DNA from: Octopus sinensis
Lineage: Eukaryota
Assembly: GCF_006345805.1 (NCBI RefSeq)
Contig: NC_042998.1
Coordinates: 198,090,001-198,154,000 of the forward strand
Direction of reading: 5' to 3'
Length of the DNA: 64,000 nucleotides
Made by a program: the position numbers and the translations under genes. Shown here in pieces: positions 12,915 through 26,202 of the stretch (the stretch's first letter is position 1; each line of letters starts with the position of its first letter). The notes under the pieces are model-generated. The model was not told where the DNA came from, made no database searches, and worked only from the letters and a program-made list of their open reading frames with translations.

Positions 12915-13744
12915 AGAAGGCTGCACCAGGCTCCAGTCTGATCTGGCAGTGTTTCTACAGCTGGATGCCCTTCCTAATGCCAACCACTCTGTGAGTGTTG
13001 TGGGTGCTTTTTACGTTCCACTGGCACAGGTGCCAGGGGAGCCTGGCAACGGCCATGATCAGTTGGTGCTTTTATGTGCCCCTGGCATGGAAGCCAGTCA
13101 AGGCAGCGCTGACATCAGCCACGTACAGATGGTACTTTTTACGTGCCACCATCACAGGTGCCAGGGGAGACTGGCAACAGCCACGATCAGTTGGTGGTAT
13201 GATTAAAATGTTCTAACCATGACCATCTCAGCTTCTTTGATTAAGCAAGGGGTATATGGATTACAATATCCAATATGATGTGATTTTAGGGATTTAAGAG
13301 AAATTTAGCTACTACCTCTCATGGTTTGAATGACTATATAGTACCTATATTATTAGTGATTAATGGGTCAAGTGATTATTGTTGAAATGTTCATGGGTTT
13401 ATTGAAATAACTGCTGTTTTAGTACTATTTTGATATGCATGCATGTATACATATATACATACATTATTCAGTTTTATTTCAAGATTTTTGGCCAGTGGAG
13501 GAGCTGGTTTCTAACCTAGATCCAAGGCTCCTTCATTGGAATTTCAACATCATCAACAAGGTGTTTGGTATGTATGTATGCATGTATTATGTATGTATGT
13601 ATGTATGTATGTATGTATGTATGTATGTATGTATATGTGCAGATTTGTATGTTTTATGTATGTATTCTCATGCATATAGTTGCATGTCTAGACATGCTCA
13701 TATGTACTTAAATGATCAACTTCTGGAAAGTTAGAAAATTCTCG

Positions 13745-14455
13745 TCTGAAATATATAGTTTTCAAAGTGGCAACTAGTCACTGATCTATAAATTAGAAAA
13801 TTACTATTTTTAAATCTCACAACTAGTGATATTCAGCAACAGTACTTTGGAGTAAAGATTGTTTGCCAACATAACATGGCAGTCCTGGTTTAGGATGAAT
13901 GTTGCTGTAATTTAGCCCCAGGAGACATCGTCTCCAGCTGGCTATGTGACATGATCTGTCTCTTTATATTTTCAAACAAGGGAATCTAGCACCCCCACTC
14001 GGCTCAAAATAATATCTGTGTATCGAGATTTTCGGGTTATTTCTCTTCATCAGCACAGAATAATTGTTTGGCTAGAGACATGTTATGTTGGCAAACAATC
14101 TTTACTCCTAAGTACTGTTGCTGAATATCTCTCATTGTGAGATTTAAAAATAGTAATTTCCTAATTCATAGATCAGTGACTCGTCACTTTGAAAACTATA
14201 TTTTTCGAACAGGAATTTGGCAGCACCACCTCTAGCTGAACAATTATTCTGTGCTGATAAAGAGAAATAACCCGGAAATCGCGATACACAGATATTGTTT
14301 TGAGCTGAGTGGGGGTGCTAAATTCCCTTGTTTGAAAATATAAGGACACAGATCGTGTCGTATAACCAGCTGGAGGCGATGTCTCCTGGGGTTAAATTAC
14401 AGCAACATTCATCCTAACCCAGGATTGCCATGTTATGTTGGCAAATAATCTTTAA
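13745..14455. repeat. Inverted, circularly permuted pair of ~330-bp repeats (Penelope terminal-repeat-like)
   Basis: The + copy reads A-B. The - copy reads (end of A)-B-linker-A with terminal direct repeat TAAAGATT(G/A)TTTGCCAACATAACATG. Confidence 0.7.
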
Positions 14456-14574
14456 TACTGGAAAGTTTTATAGATTTGTATGTATGTATGCAGATATCAT
14501 CATCATCATTTTAATGTACAACTTTTCTATGTTTGTATTAATCAAACAGAATTTGCTGAAGTAGATTTACTGTT

Positions 14575-15160
14575 TACTATGGCACCATTCGAGTGTGATC
14601 GTTACTAGCGTCGCCTTACTGGCACTTGTGCCCCGTGCTAGTAGGTTGCCAAAAGCACCATCTGAGTGTGATTGTTGCCAGAGCAGACAACTGGCTTCCA
14701 TGCCGGTGGCACGTAAAAGGGCACCATTCGAGCGTGATTGTTACCAACGTCGCTATACTCACACCTGTGCCGGTGACATGTGTAAAACAATTCGAGCGAG
14801 GTCATTGCCAGTACTACCTGACTGGTCCCCATGCCGGTGGCACGTAAAAGGGCACCATTTGAGCGTGATCATTACCAACATCACCTCACTGTCACCTGTG
14901 CCGATGGCATGTGTAAAAAGATTCGAGCGAGGTCATTGCCAGTATTGCCTGACTGGCCCCCGTGCCGGTGGCACGTAAAAAGCACCCACTACACTCTTGA
15001 AGTGGTTGGCATTAGGAAGGGCATCCAGCGGTAGAAACTCTGCCAGATCAAGATTGGAGCCTGGTGCAACCATCTGGTTCGCCAGCCCTCAGTCAAAATC
15101 GTCCAACCCATGCTAGCATGCAAAGCAGACATTAAACGATGATGATGATGATGATGATGA
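14575..15160 (+). mobile_element. S3 SINE-like element with (GAT)n RTE-type tail and 5' ~55-60-bp tandem subrepeats
   Basis: GGTTGGCATTAGGAAGGGCATCCAGC body, CCATGCTAGCATG(G) palindrome and (GAT)n tail. Other copies: ~2835-3160(+), 9385-9960(-), 10335-10509(-), 12595-13200(-), 23715-23900(-), 25318-25537(+), 28705-29205(+), 32340-32645(-), 35770-36095(-), 38385-38785(+), 50425-50765(-), 53670-53960(-), 55430-55700(+). Confidence 0.85.
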
Positions 15161-15757
15161 TGTTCCTCCTGTTACCAAACAAGGTAATATTTTCCCATAG
15201 CCAGATACCTTTCTGGGAAAGACTGGAATTGAAAGACATTGTTACCGTGACAGTGAGAACTCCATTACAATTATTGAATGATGTCAAGGCAAGGTGACAC
15301 AAAAATCCATGCACACACACACACACACATGCACAAATACATACATATATTCATACAAAAATACATATGTATGTACACACACAACTCATCAATACACATG
15401 CATACACACACACAACTCATAGGTGCGCATGCACACACGCACACAAACACATACATGTATACATACATAAATACATACGTATGTACACACACACACAACT
15501 CATAGTTGCACACACACACACATACACATCTATGATGGGGTTATTTCAGTTTCTGTCTACCAAATCCACCCACAAAGATTTGGGGCTACAGTAAAAAGAT
15601 ACTTTCCTAAAGAACTACAAAGTGGGACTGAACCTGAAACCACATAGCTGGAAAGAAGAACGTCTTAACCACACAGCCACGCCCGCACCAAGTAATGCCA
15701 CACTGTACAGATTTCTTGCTTTTAGCTGAGACTGTGAGGATTTCTTCTCTGTTGCTC

Positions 15758-16188
15758 TCTCTTTTACTTGTTTCAGTCATTTGACTGCGGCCATGCTGGA
15801 GCACCGCCTTTAATCGAGCAACTCGACCCCGGGACTTATTCTTTTGTAAGCCCAGTACTTATTCTATCAGTTTCTTTTGCCGAACCGCTAAGTGACGGCG
15901 ACGTAAACACACCAGCATCGGTTGTCAAGCAATGCTAGGGAGACAAACACAGACACACAAACACATACACATAAATATATATATACATATATAAATATAT
16001 ATATATATATACATATATACATATATACGACAGGCTTCTTTCAGTTTCCGTCTACCAAATCCACTCACAAGGCATTGGTCGGCCCGGGGCTATAGCAGAA
16101 GACACTTGCCCAAGGTGCCACGCAGTGGGACTGAATCCGGAACCATGTGGTTGGTTAGCAAGCTACTTACCACACAGCCACTCCTGTG
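15758..16188 (-). mobile_element. S1 SINE, full length
   Basis: Reverse complement of the 7455 copy with a (TA/CA) linker. Confidence 0.85.
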
Positions 16189-16832
16189 CTGTGGCAGTTA
16201 TAATTTGTTGTTTATCACCACCTTTATGCAGATTTCTTGCAAACGCTATAAGAATTACGTAAAGGATAATGTTGGACATTAAACTTGTTGTTTTACCGAG
16301 GTTTAATGTGGGAGGATATTCCAACCATTTTGCAACGTTTGCAGCGGAAACAATGCATGAACAACAAAGACAAAATTGGGTGAAGTGCTGAAGCAGCTTA
16401 TACTTTGCTGGCCAGATGCTGTTTTCCATAATAGATCAGAGGTGATGCTCTGTATGAAAGCGTGTGGATCAACAATCAAACTGGATGTAATGTGCTGATA
16501 AACATGGTGGGCATTCAAGTGAAAGATAAAAGTTTATTCTCATTTATTCCCCGAATGCATTTCTATGGAAACATTTGTATGTATATACTGTGATGTTTAC
16601 AGTTAAAAATCATTATTTTCAGACATAAAAGCAGTCGTACGATTTGCTATTTCTTCTTAAAAAAAATTCAGAAGAAACACATCTCAATTTGTAACATGGA
16701 AATCAAAGAGAAAACAGCTGAGTGTGAAGGAATTTTATGTTACAACAAAGATTTCAGGCACACAACCCTGCCATAATGCAAGGAATTAGTGCAGATATAA
16801 AACATTTAAAAAGTACCTCCACACACAGTACC

Positions 16833-17012
16833 TATTTCTTTACTACACATAAGGGGCTAAACACAGAGGGGACAAACAAGGACAGACAAACGGATTAAGT
16901 CAATTACATCGGCCCCAGTGCGTAACTGGTACTTAATTTATCGACCCCGAAAGGATGAAAGGCAAAGTCGACCTTGGCAGAATTTGAACTCGGAACGTAA
17001 CGGCAATCAGTA
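16833..17012 (-). mobile_element. S2 SINE (tRNA head plus Deu/Nin-like core), 5'-truncated, with 17-bp TSD
   Basis: Core GCCTTTCATCCTTTCGGGGTCGATAAA resembles the Deu/Nin conserved SINE domain as I recall it. TSD CTCCACACACAGTACCT at 16817-16833 and 17013-17029. Confidence 0.85.
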
Positions 17013-18275
17013 CTCCACACACAGTACCTTGGGCAGGTATCATCTACTAAAGCCCTAGGCCAACCAATGCTTTGTGAAAGAATTTGGTTGATGGGATATA
17101 TATGGAAGCTTGTTGTCCATATGAATATATGCGTGTCATTGTACTTCTTCCTCATTCCACTTGGCAACAAGAGTTGGTTTGTTTACGTCCCTATAACTTA
17201 ACAGTTCCACAAAAAAGACAGACAGAATGTGTAACAGACTTAAAAGAAAGTACTGGGGTTGATTTGTTTGACAAAACCCTCCAGGGTGGTGCTCCAGCAT
17301 GGCTGCAGCCCAGCAACTGAAACAAGTAAAAGATATGTTTCTTTATTACCCACAAGGGGCTAAACACAGAAGGGACAAACAAGGACAGACATAGGTATTA
17401 AGTCAACTACATCGGCCCCAGTGCGTAACTGGTACTTAATTTTATCGAGCCCTAAAGGATGAAAGACAAAGTCGACTCGGCGGAATTTGAACTCAGAACG
17501 TAACGGCAGACGAAATACAGCTATGCATTTCGCCCGGCGTGCTAACGTTTCTGCCAGCTCACTACCTTAAAGGATAAGAGTTACACTATGAGATAAATTT
17601 CTATTTGATATTTTGATAGTATTGTATACGATAAAATGTTCAAATATTTTGGTGTCCCTCAATGATCTGGTAGCTAACACGATTCTGTTGCGTGACATAC
17701 AATGGAATTGTATCAATGAACAGGTCTTAAATGTATGACGATATTTTTTGATGCGTTTAACATGTAATACTATTGAGACAACGAAAGTGAATATAACTGT
17801 ATGTATGTGTGTCTTTTACATGGTGTGTGTGTTTTTAATAACAACCTTAGATCAAGTCACTTATCAAACAAATACAACTGCAAAATATATCCTTTTATTT
17901 GTTTACATATATAACCATGCTAGAACACTGCTTACACACACACACACACACACACACACGGTCACTGCCATTTCTACATCACTCTCCTCTGTCACTCTCT
18001 CACCTCTTCATCACATGTTTTCACTGCTCATCCTCTTTTCCATTCATTATACCACCCTGCTGATGAAAAATAAGGCTCTCCTCTCATGTCTGACCCTCTC
18101 ATCTCTCTAACGTTCACTCTTCCGTTGTCTGTGTAATGAGGGATGGTACTGAGTCAACTCATATTTCATTCCTCCTCTACTCTTTTCTTTCATCCTCATC
18201 ATTCTCACTCCTTCCCTCTTCGTGAGGCCTATGAATGAAAGATTACAAGTACTGTTTGTATTTGGTATACTCTAC

Positions 18276-18696
18276 CTATTTCTTCATTGCCCACAAGGGG
18301 CTAAACACAGAGAGGACAAACAAGGACAGACAAACGGATTAAGTCGATTACATCGACCCCAGTGCGTAACTGGTACTTAATTTATCGACCCCGAAAGGAT
18401 GAAAGGCAAAGTCGACCTCGGCAGAATTTGAACTCAGACCGTAGCAGCAGACGAAATACCTATTTCTTTACTACCCACAAGGGGCTAAACACAGAGAGGA
18501 CAAACAAGGACAGACAAACGGATTAAGCTGATAACATCAACCCCAGTGCGTAACTGGTACTTAATTTATCGACCCCGAAAAGATGAAAGGCAAAGTCGAC
18601 CTTGGTGGAATTTGAACTCAGAATGTAGCGGCAGACGAAATACGGCTACGCATTTCGCCCGGTGTGCTAACATTTCTGCCAGCTCGCCGCCTTTAA
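18276..18696 (-). mobile_element. S2 SINE dimer with 11-bp TSD
   Basis: Two ~180-bp units and one head. TSD TATACTCTACC at 18266-18276 and 18697-18707. Confidence 0.85.
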
Positions 18697-19669
18697 TATA
18701 CTCTACCATCACCCTTTTTCACCTGGGCCACCTGTAATCAACATCCATCAGTGTTCACTCCCAAAATTCATCACTCTTTCTCTCCATCCATCACCATTTC
18801 ACCTCAATCACCCTCTCTAGGCCGTCAAACTCTTACTCTCTTCGCCCACCCATCCAGGATCTTTCTTTGGCTACTGTTCTCACTTTCATTCCCTTTCCTT
18901 CTCTTTCATGCTGCTTTGAGTGAATGATCACATCAAGGAACAGTACTATCGTTAGAAAAACAAGCAAAAATCCCATAGCCTTATCAAGAACTTACAACCT
19001 CTCTAAGTGCTGGTGTCATGATGAAGTGTACTCAGCATCCTCCGCATAAACGGTTGGTGATAGGAAAGGCTAACAAAACCAAACATGGAACTTGTGAATG
19101 AGATGTGATCTTCTGAACTGTCATGGTTGGCAGTAACTCTGAACAAGCGCTGACCCAGACCCTAAGGACCAAAGCCTGTCATATACATATTTGTGTGTGT
19201 GTGCATGCATGCATGTACACATGTGGACATGTGTGTGCATGTGTCTGAACCCTTGTATTGCCAACATGTGGTGGTTGTAAACAAGCATCAGTGTCATACA
19301 AGCGGTGTTGCTCATTTCCAGTCTTCCATGAAAAGCAAGTCTTGCCATGGGAAAATATTACCTTGCTTATGAACAGGTGAGGAATGGTGAGTGGAAGAGC
19401 ATCTAGCCATAGAAAAATCTGCTCTAAATTCCATGTCCCATGTAAGCATGGATGATAATGATGATGATGATAATGATAATGATGATAATGATGATGTTCC
19501 CATCAAGAATGAAACCACAGGTCTTAATGACAAGGGATAAAATCATAGGACACTGTGAAGCATTGGGCTTTCCAAATTCCAGAATAAATTCTTACTCTAC
19601 CATTCTACAATTAATCTGGATTCAGTTCTCTCCAGCCTAGAGACAGTCAAATGAAGTACAATTTACCCA

Positions 19670-19688
19670 CTGTTTATGTGTGTGCATG

Positions 19689-19719
<31 letters not shown>

Positions 19720-20185
19720 TGTGTGTTGTGTGTGTGTGTGGTGTGTGTGTGTGTGTATGTATGTGTGTATGTATGTATGTGTGTATGTATGTGTGTGCAT
19801 GTATGTATGTATGTATGTATGTATGTGTGTATGTATGTATGTATGTATGCATGTGTATATGTATGTATGCATGCATGGATGGATGTATGGATGTATGCAT
19901 TATGTATGTATGTATGGATGGATGTATGGATGGATGGATGGATGTGTGTATGTGTATATGTATGCATGTATGTATATGTATGCATCTATGTATGTATGTA
20001 TGTATGTATATTTGTATGTGTGTTTGTATGTATGTATGTATGTATGTGTGTCTGTATGCATGTGTGTATGTATGTATGTCTATGTATGTGTGTGTGTATG
20101 TATGCATGTATGCATGTACGTATGTATATATGCATGCATGCATGCATGTATGTATGTGCATGTGTGTATATTTGAATGTGTGTGA
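19670..20185. repeat. (TG)/(TATG)/(TGGA) compound microsatellite
   Basis: Direct reading. Confidence 0.95.
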
Positions 20186-21284
20186 ATGTGTCTGCTGCTG
20201 GTCCTGATTAGATGGGAGGTAAGTGATTTTAGAATGATGCTATAATAGTGTTCAATAATGTGCTGCTACCATCAATCATTGCTGTTTTGGGTGATTTCTT
20301 TATTTTTTTTGTTTTCCATTTTTTTCTTATTTATTTCTCTTCACATTTTCAATATAAAACAGTAAAGAGAAGAACAAGATTTTGAATGACATGTACAAAG
20401 GATTTACAAAGCGAGGTGCTGTTTATATGGAAACTGTTTGAATGTTCCGAGTACTGTCTATCTCAGTCACATTCAAGCAGAAAACACATAGATGAAGTAA
20501 AAATGACTGATTATAAAGTGATGGGGGGGGAAAGTAGGTAGCGAGGGAGGGAGGTTGGAATCTTTTACAGAATTCAAATAGCGGAGTAGTAAAAATACGA
20601 AATATAAAAAAAACAAAGAAATAATATTAAAAAAAAATAGGAAAAATAAAAATAAAAATAAAAAAATGAAGGATGCTTTTGAAAGCGAGATATATAGAAA
20701 GTGTCTGAATCGGTAAGTTATTAGTGAATGTAACTATTAGAGATAGATAACCTTATTGATTAAACAGGTGAACACTACAGGTATATTGTTGACTAAATCA
20801 CAACGATTCACTTCCAACAATGAAAGAGATTTATGAAGCACTTTCTACAGTGAACAACGATGGAAGAACCAAAATCTGGATTCTGGTTTTAAAGTGTTAA
20901 AAAAATCAAATCAAAAGCTTACCATTCACCTATACAAATCAACTGACAACATTTCCATCACAATTATTAATTTCTTTTTTTTTTCTATATTTTAGTTTGC
21001 TTATTTATTTATTTTATTTTTTTTTGCTTTGTTCTTTGTAATCAATATTTGATTGAATATTTGCATTTTCTTCCTAAATACAACCACAAATATATATTTT
21101 TTTTATGACTGAATGGGTTGTATAATGCTTTAAATTCATATATTTTCAATTAATAGCATCCAAGTGAATAGCTTTATCTGAACATGATGAATATAGCAAT
21201 TGTAAATTGCAGGTGTGGCTGTGCGGTTCAGAAGCTGGCTTCTTAACCATGGTTTCAGTCCCATTCCATGGTACCTATTTCTTT

Positions 21285-21564
21285 TGTACTTCCACTTCAC
21301 TAACTGGGAGGAAACGGCAAAAAACAGACCACTCTGGAAAACCACCATCCATGGCGACTTTCGAGTCAAAAAGGTCTGCAGAGCTGGAGGAGAAAAGATG
21401 ACGACGGAAGGAGCGCCAACAACAACCATATGTGACTCTCCCTTACAGCACTAGATGTCCGCACTGCAACCGATCTTTTCAAGCAAGAATTGGTCACCTA
21501 CGGACTCACCAGTAAATTTGCGCAAAGACCATCATCCTCGACCTTGAGGGATTGCCACGACACG
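21285..21564 (+). mobile_element. RTE (BovB-like) LINE 3' end with 12-bp TSD
   Basis: NWEETAKNRPLWKTTIH / FESKRSAELEEKR / CPHCNRSFQARIG. TSD ACCTATTTCTTT at 21273-21284 and 21565-21576. Confidence 0.8.
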
Positions 21565-21984
21565 ACCTATTTCTTTACTACCCACAAGGGGCTAAACACA
21601 GAGAGGACAAACAAGGACAGACAAACATATTACGTTGATTATATCGACCCCAGTGCGTAACTGGTACTTATTTAATCAACCCTGAAAGGACGAAAGGCAA
21701 AGTCGACCTCGGCGGAATTTGAACTCAGAACGTAGCGACAGATGAAATACTTATTTCTTTACTACCACAAGGGGCTAAACACAGAGAGGACAAACAAGGA
21801 CCGACAAACAGATTAAGTCGATTAGATCGACCCCAGTGCGTAACTGGTACTTAATTTATCGACCCCGAAAGGGTGAAAGGCAAAGTCGACCTCGGCGGAA
21901 TTTGAACTCAGAACATAACGGCAGACGAAATACTGCTAAGCATTTCACCCGGCGTGCTAACGTTTCTGCCAGCTCGCTGCCTTA
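21565..21984 (-). mobile_element. S2 SINE dimer
   Basis: Two units with the junction at ~21750. Imperfect TSD (16/18) at 21259-21276 and 21985-22002. Confidence 0.85.
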
Positions 21985-21999
21985 TCCCATTGCATGATA

Positions 22000-22420
22000 C
22001 CTTGAGCAAGTGTTGTCTACTATAGCTGACTATAGGCTGGCTGACTAATGAAATGAGAATGTACTTGAGAGATTGGAAACTGGAAGAAGCCTGTCATATA
22101 CATATTTGTGGATGTGTTTGTGTGTGTGTGTGTGGCACACATGCATGCATGTACACATGTGGACATATGTGTGCATGTGTCTGAACCCTTGTATTGCCAT
22201 CATGTGGTGGTTGTAAACAAGCATCACTGTCATACAAGCGGTGTTGTTCATTTCCAGTCTTCCATGAAAAGCATGCCTTGCCATGGGAAAATATTACCTT
22301 GCTTATGAACAGGTGATGTGTGGTGAGTGGAAGAGCATCTGGCCGTAGAAAAATCTGCCCTAAATTCCATCTGCCCCATGTAAGCATGGAAAAGCAGATG
22401 TCAAATGATGATAATGATGG
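22000..22420 (+). mobile_element. SINE with S1-like head and (GAT)n tail
   Basis: Near-identical to ~19170-19500; related to ~54050-54620. Confidence 0.7.
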
Positions 22421-22461
22421 TGATTTCTCTGAGTCATTAGGAAATTGTACTGTATACCCTG

Positions 22462-22690
22462 TTAACCCTTTAGTGTTCAAATTATTCTGTCAAATGTGAT
22501 GTTTGTTTATTCACATTGTTTTGAATTAGCCATGCATTATCTTGTAGTTTAGAGATTACAGTGATGTGATTTTTTTAGTTTTAGAATGACATGGTAGGGC
22601 TGAGGTGAGAGGCAAGATCTGGTCAGTTTCAGTATAAAACAGGTTAAATATTTTGGCCGGATATGGCCGGTTTGAATGCTAAAGGGTTAA
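22462..22690. mobile_element. piggyBac-type MITE (221 bp) with TTAA TSDs
   Basis: TTAA|CCCTTTAGTGTTCAAA ... TTTGAATGCTAAAGGG|TTAA (TIR 14/16). Related copies at ~37195-37417 and 39151-39240. Confidence 0.85.
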
Positions 22691-22867
22691 AGGTTCCATT
22701 TCAAATTTGAGTGTGAGTGGCTGGAGGTGGGAATGTAGTTGGTTAGTGATTGGTGTATGAGTGGCTAAACAATGGTGAGTGAGTGACTAAAGATTGGAAC
22801 GTGAGTGAATGGAGTTTGATTTACGAGTGGTAAAAAAACAAAATGAAGTAAATTAAACAGGACTTAC

Positions 22868-23401
22868 CTATGAAGTAAATATCATGCATTGGAATATATC
22901 CTGATTCATCAACTTTCTGTTTATGTTTTTCAGCACTGGGGTTTTTTGAAGTATCATTCTGTTTCTGGGTACTCACACCTGAGTCCCCAGATCTGTATGG
23001 ATGCAGAATCTCTTTACCGATTTCATTGTTATTTCGAGAAATACTTAGTATATATGCGTCGTAGTGATCCTTGCTTTGTGGATTTACTAATGTCTCTCCA
23101 TCAAACAGCTGTAAAGGGGTCTTGCCTTCAGGCTCCCGCTGTTTATATGAACTCCCTACTGTTTTAATCCGATCCTCGTTCCCTTGTAAATGCAGTGTCC
23201 TCTCTTGAGAGTTTGTTTTCGCCACTTGTTCTATATTTGACTGCAGGTTCGGTCTGATCCAAGCTTTGTTGTTGTTCCTGTCATTATCTAAAATAGTAGG
23301 GTTATGCCAGGATGTGGGGTCTCTAAAATCTGAATTTTTTAGTTTCAGCAGTTTCAAGTGACCGGAATGTGTTTTATGAGTGTGTTTTGGAATTACTGTA
23401 C
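22868..23401 (-). CDS. NPDC1: Internal coding exon (534 nt, phase 1-1) encoding a low-complexity lumenal region ending GYIPMHDIYFI of an NPDC1/CAB-1-like protein
   Basis: Stop-free non-repetitive frame (inside track ORF 22821-23468) bounded by acceptor atttttgatttcag|GT and donor ATA G|gtaagt. Length is 2+177x3+1. Confidence 0.85.
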
Positions 23402-25904
23402 CTGAAATCAAAAATATGAATAAATTTGAATAAATTACTGATAACAAAAGTGTTCTCAAGGAATTCACAATAAACTGGTATTATTACATTGCTATAAAGA
23501 TAACCTACCGTATTTGATGTATTGGCAAGTTAATATGTTCAGACATTCTACAATTTACTTAGTAAGAGTAAACCAAGGCAAAATATATTTATTATTGTTG
23601 TTTTGCCCCGAGTTAGTTTTGATTGAGCAAATGCATAATTAAAGGTATTCTAGCAGTGACCATCTTATCTCTTTTACAGGAATGGTGTATCCAGAAATAC
23701 ATTATCAAATGTATCATCATCATCATCGTTTAACATCCGCCTTCCATACTAGCATAGGTTGGATGATTTTAACTGAGGGCTGGCGAACCAGATGTCTGCA
23801 CCAGGCTCCAATCTTGATCTGGCAGAGTTTCTACAGCTGGATGCCCTTCCTAATGCCAACCACTCCATGAGTGTATTGGGGGCTTTTTACATGCCACCAG
23901 CCCATTTCCCTAAACAAGAGAGTGTGATTTGAGAAAGATATGTTAATTAATTTTAGCAAATTAAGTGGCTACATGGAGAATAATTTTTCTCTTTATTTTG
24001 ACCTGGAAAAATATCTTTCTAAGATAGACACAAGACCTCTAATCACTAGGAAGTAAATGAATACTACATTGATATGTCTATGCTTTTTGCTCAAACCATG
24101 AACCTGACTTCATGGTCCACCAACTTGCTAAAAATTACCACCACCTGATCTTCTTTGAATCACACCCTATTATATCAAATAAAGAAAAGTCAATTAGATA
24201 ATGCAACCCTTACTTTGGTTTCAACCTTCAACTTCCAGTGGAGTCAAGATGTTGCATTATCTTGAGCAGTTAAACCTAGCAGAGTCTATCCTCTCTAGGT
24301 TCAACAACAGCTGATTTCTTCCAGAGAGAAGAAAAAAACATTGTATCAATCCTGAAAAGACGAGGGGCAAAGTTGATCTAGATGGGATCGAAATCAAAAT
24401 GCAGAGATCCGGAATAAATACTAGAAGACATTCTACCCAACAACTCTACCAATTTGCAGCCTCCAAAACAGACTGGATGGTCAGTTCTGGAATGTAATGG
24501 CTCATAAGTCTGCCAAATCAGAAATGACCTGTGCTTAACAGCCACCAAGAATTTAGATTCTCCCAGGACTTGCTTCTGCAACATTATAAGAGAAAGAATG
24601 ACTCATCCCTGAAGACCTAATATAGCATCTTTAGTGGAATGGAAAATCTGTGACTTGATGCGTCAATATGTGAGATGGGAGAAGCTGAAATGGTGGTTCT
24701 TAATTCATTTGTCTCCAAAAGGTCTCTCTCTCTCTCTCTCCGTTAGTTCCCAGCCATACCACATTGGAGAAATTCCAATAATAGTTTAAAGAATTTTAGA
24801 ACTACAGCAGCTGTCATTACTGAAACACTGCCAGCATTCTACAGCAATCACAACAATAATAAACTACCATCAGTATTATGCATTGAAACAGAAATAACAA
24901 ACAATACCGTCAGCATTCTATAGGTACCGTGAAAATAGTAAAATACCACCAACCAGTACAGAGGTGTGATTGAAACTAACTGGCCACAGAAAATGTCAGT
25001 AGTATCTATGTAAACATTTGACCTCTAATTTCTAATTTCTTGTTGTGTCTGGGGAGAGTCATTTTCTTTTTTGCCCTATAATGTAACACACTCACCGGTA
25101 AAATTTCCACTTATTTCTTATTTTTATTTTCCTAAAATTTTTGTTGCATCTTGCAACCTTTTCAATAGTTTTGACTCTCACAACAGACACAACAGAATAT
25201 GCTTCAACACACGAACTCACATAAAGAATCTTGCAAACCAAATCCAAAAACGAAATTATAATTTCTTAATATCTTGAAATCTCTTCAATACATGCACACA
25301 CACACACACACACACACTGCCAGCCTCGCCTGGCACCTGTGCCGGTGGCACGTAAAAAGCACCCACTACACTCTGGGAGTGGTTGGCATTAGGAAGGGCA
25401 TCCAGCTGTAGAAACATTGCCAGATCAGACTGGGCCTGGTGCAGCCTCCTCGCTTGCCAGCCCTCAGTTGAACCGTCCAACCCATGCCAGCATGGAAAGC
25501 GGACGTTAAATGATGATGATGATGATGATGATGATGACTAATAGCATGAAATTGATGATCAACTTTTCACAAGCACACATACATTCGTATATATCTACAT
25601 ATATATACACATATGCATATTAACTGGTTTTTTTTGGTTTTTTCTACATTTTCAAGGTTTTCTTTTTTATTTTATTTTACTTGTTTCAGTCATTTCACTG
25701 TGGCCATGCTGCAGCACCGCCTTGAAGAGTTTCAGTCGAAGAAATCAACATCAGGACATATTCTTTGTAAGCCTAGTACTCATTCTATCAGTCTTTTTTT
25801 GCCAAAGTGCTAAGTTATGTGGATGTAAACACACCAACATTGGTTATCGAGTGGTAGTGGGAGAGGGACAAACACAGTCACAGACTCAGACACATAAATA
25901 TATA

Positions 25905-26130
25905 CTCTTTTACTCTTTTACTTGTTTCAGTCATTTTGACTGTGGCCATGCTGGAGCACCGCCTTTAGTCGAGCAAATTGACCCCAGGACTTATTCTTTA
26001 TAAGCCCAGTACTTATTCTATCGGTCTCTTTTGTCGAACCGCTAAGTGACGGGGAGGTAAACACACCAGCATCGGTTGTCAAGCAATGCTAAAGGGACAA
26101 ACACAGACACACAAACATACACACACACTT

Positions 26131-26202
<72 letters not shown>

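Noticed and set aside
16200-16800. Possible decayed transposase (piggyBac/hAT-like)
   Set aside because: All frames are interrupted and I could not identify a convincing catalytic motif or terminal repeats; tBLASTx would be needed.
20923-20929. Possible 7-nt microexon (tatag|GTGAATG|gtaagc) on the minus strand
   Set aside because: No real polypyrimidine tract, it would shift the frame, and the flanking exons already join in frame.
23402-23468. Signal-peptide-like N-terminus MNSLRTLLLSVIYSNLFIFLIS of track ORF 22821-23468
   Set aside because: It starts at GTG and is the T-rich acceptor region of the intron (ends tttcag); the hydrophobicity is a by-product of the polypyrimidine tract.
24378-24584. 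Possible extra exon just upstream of the 534-nt exon
   Set aside because: No matching acceptor/donor pair in compatible phase was found.
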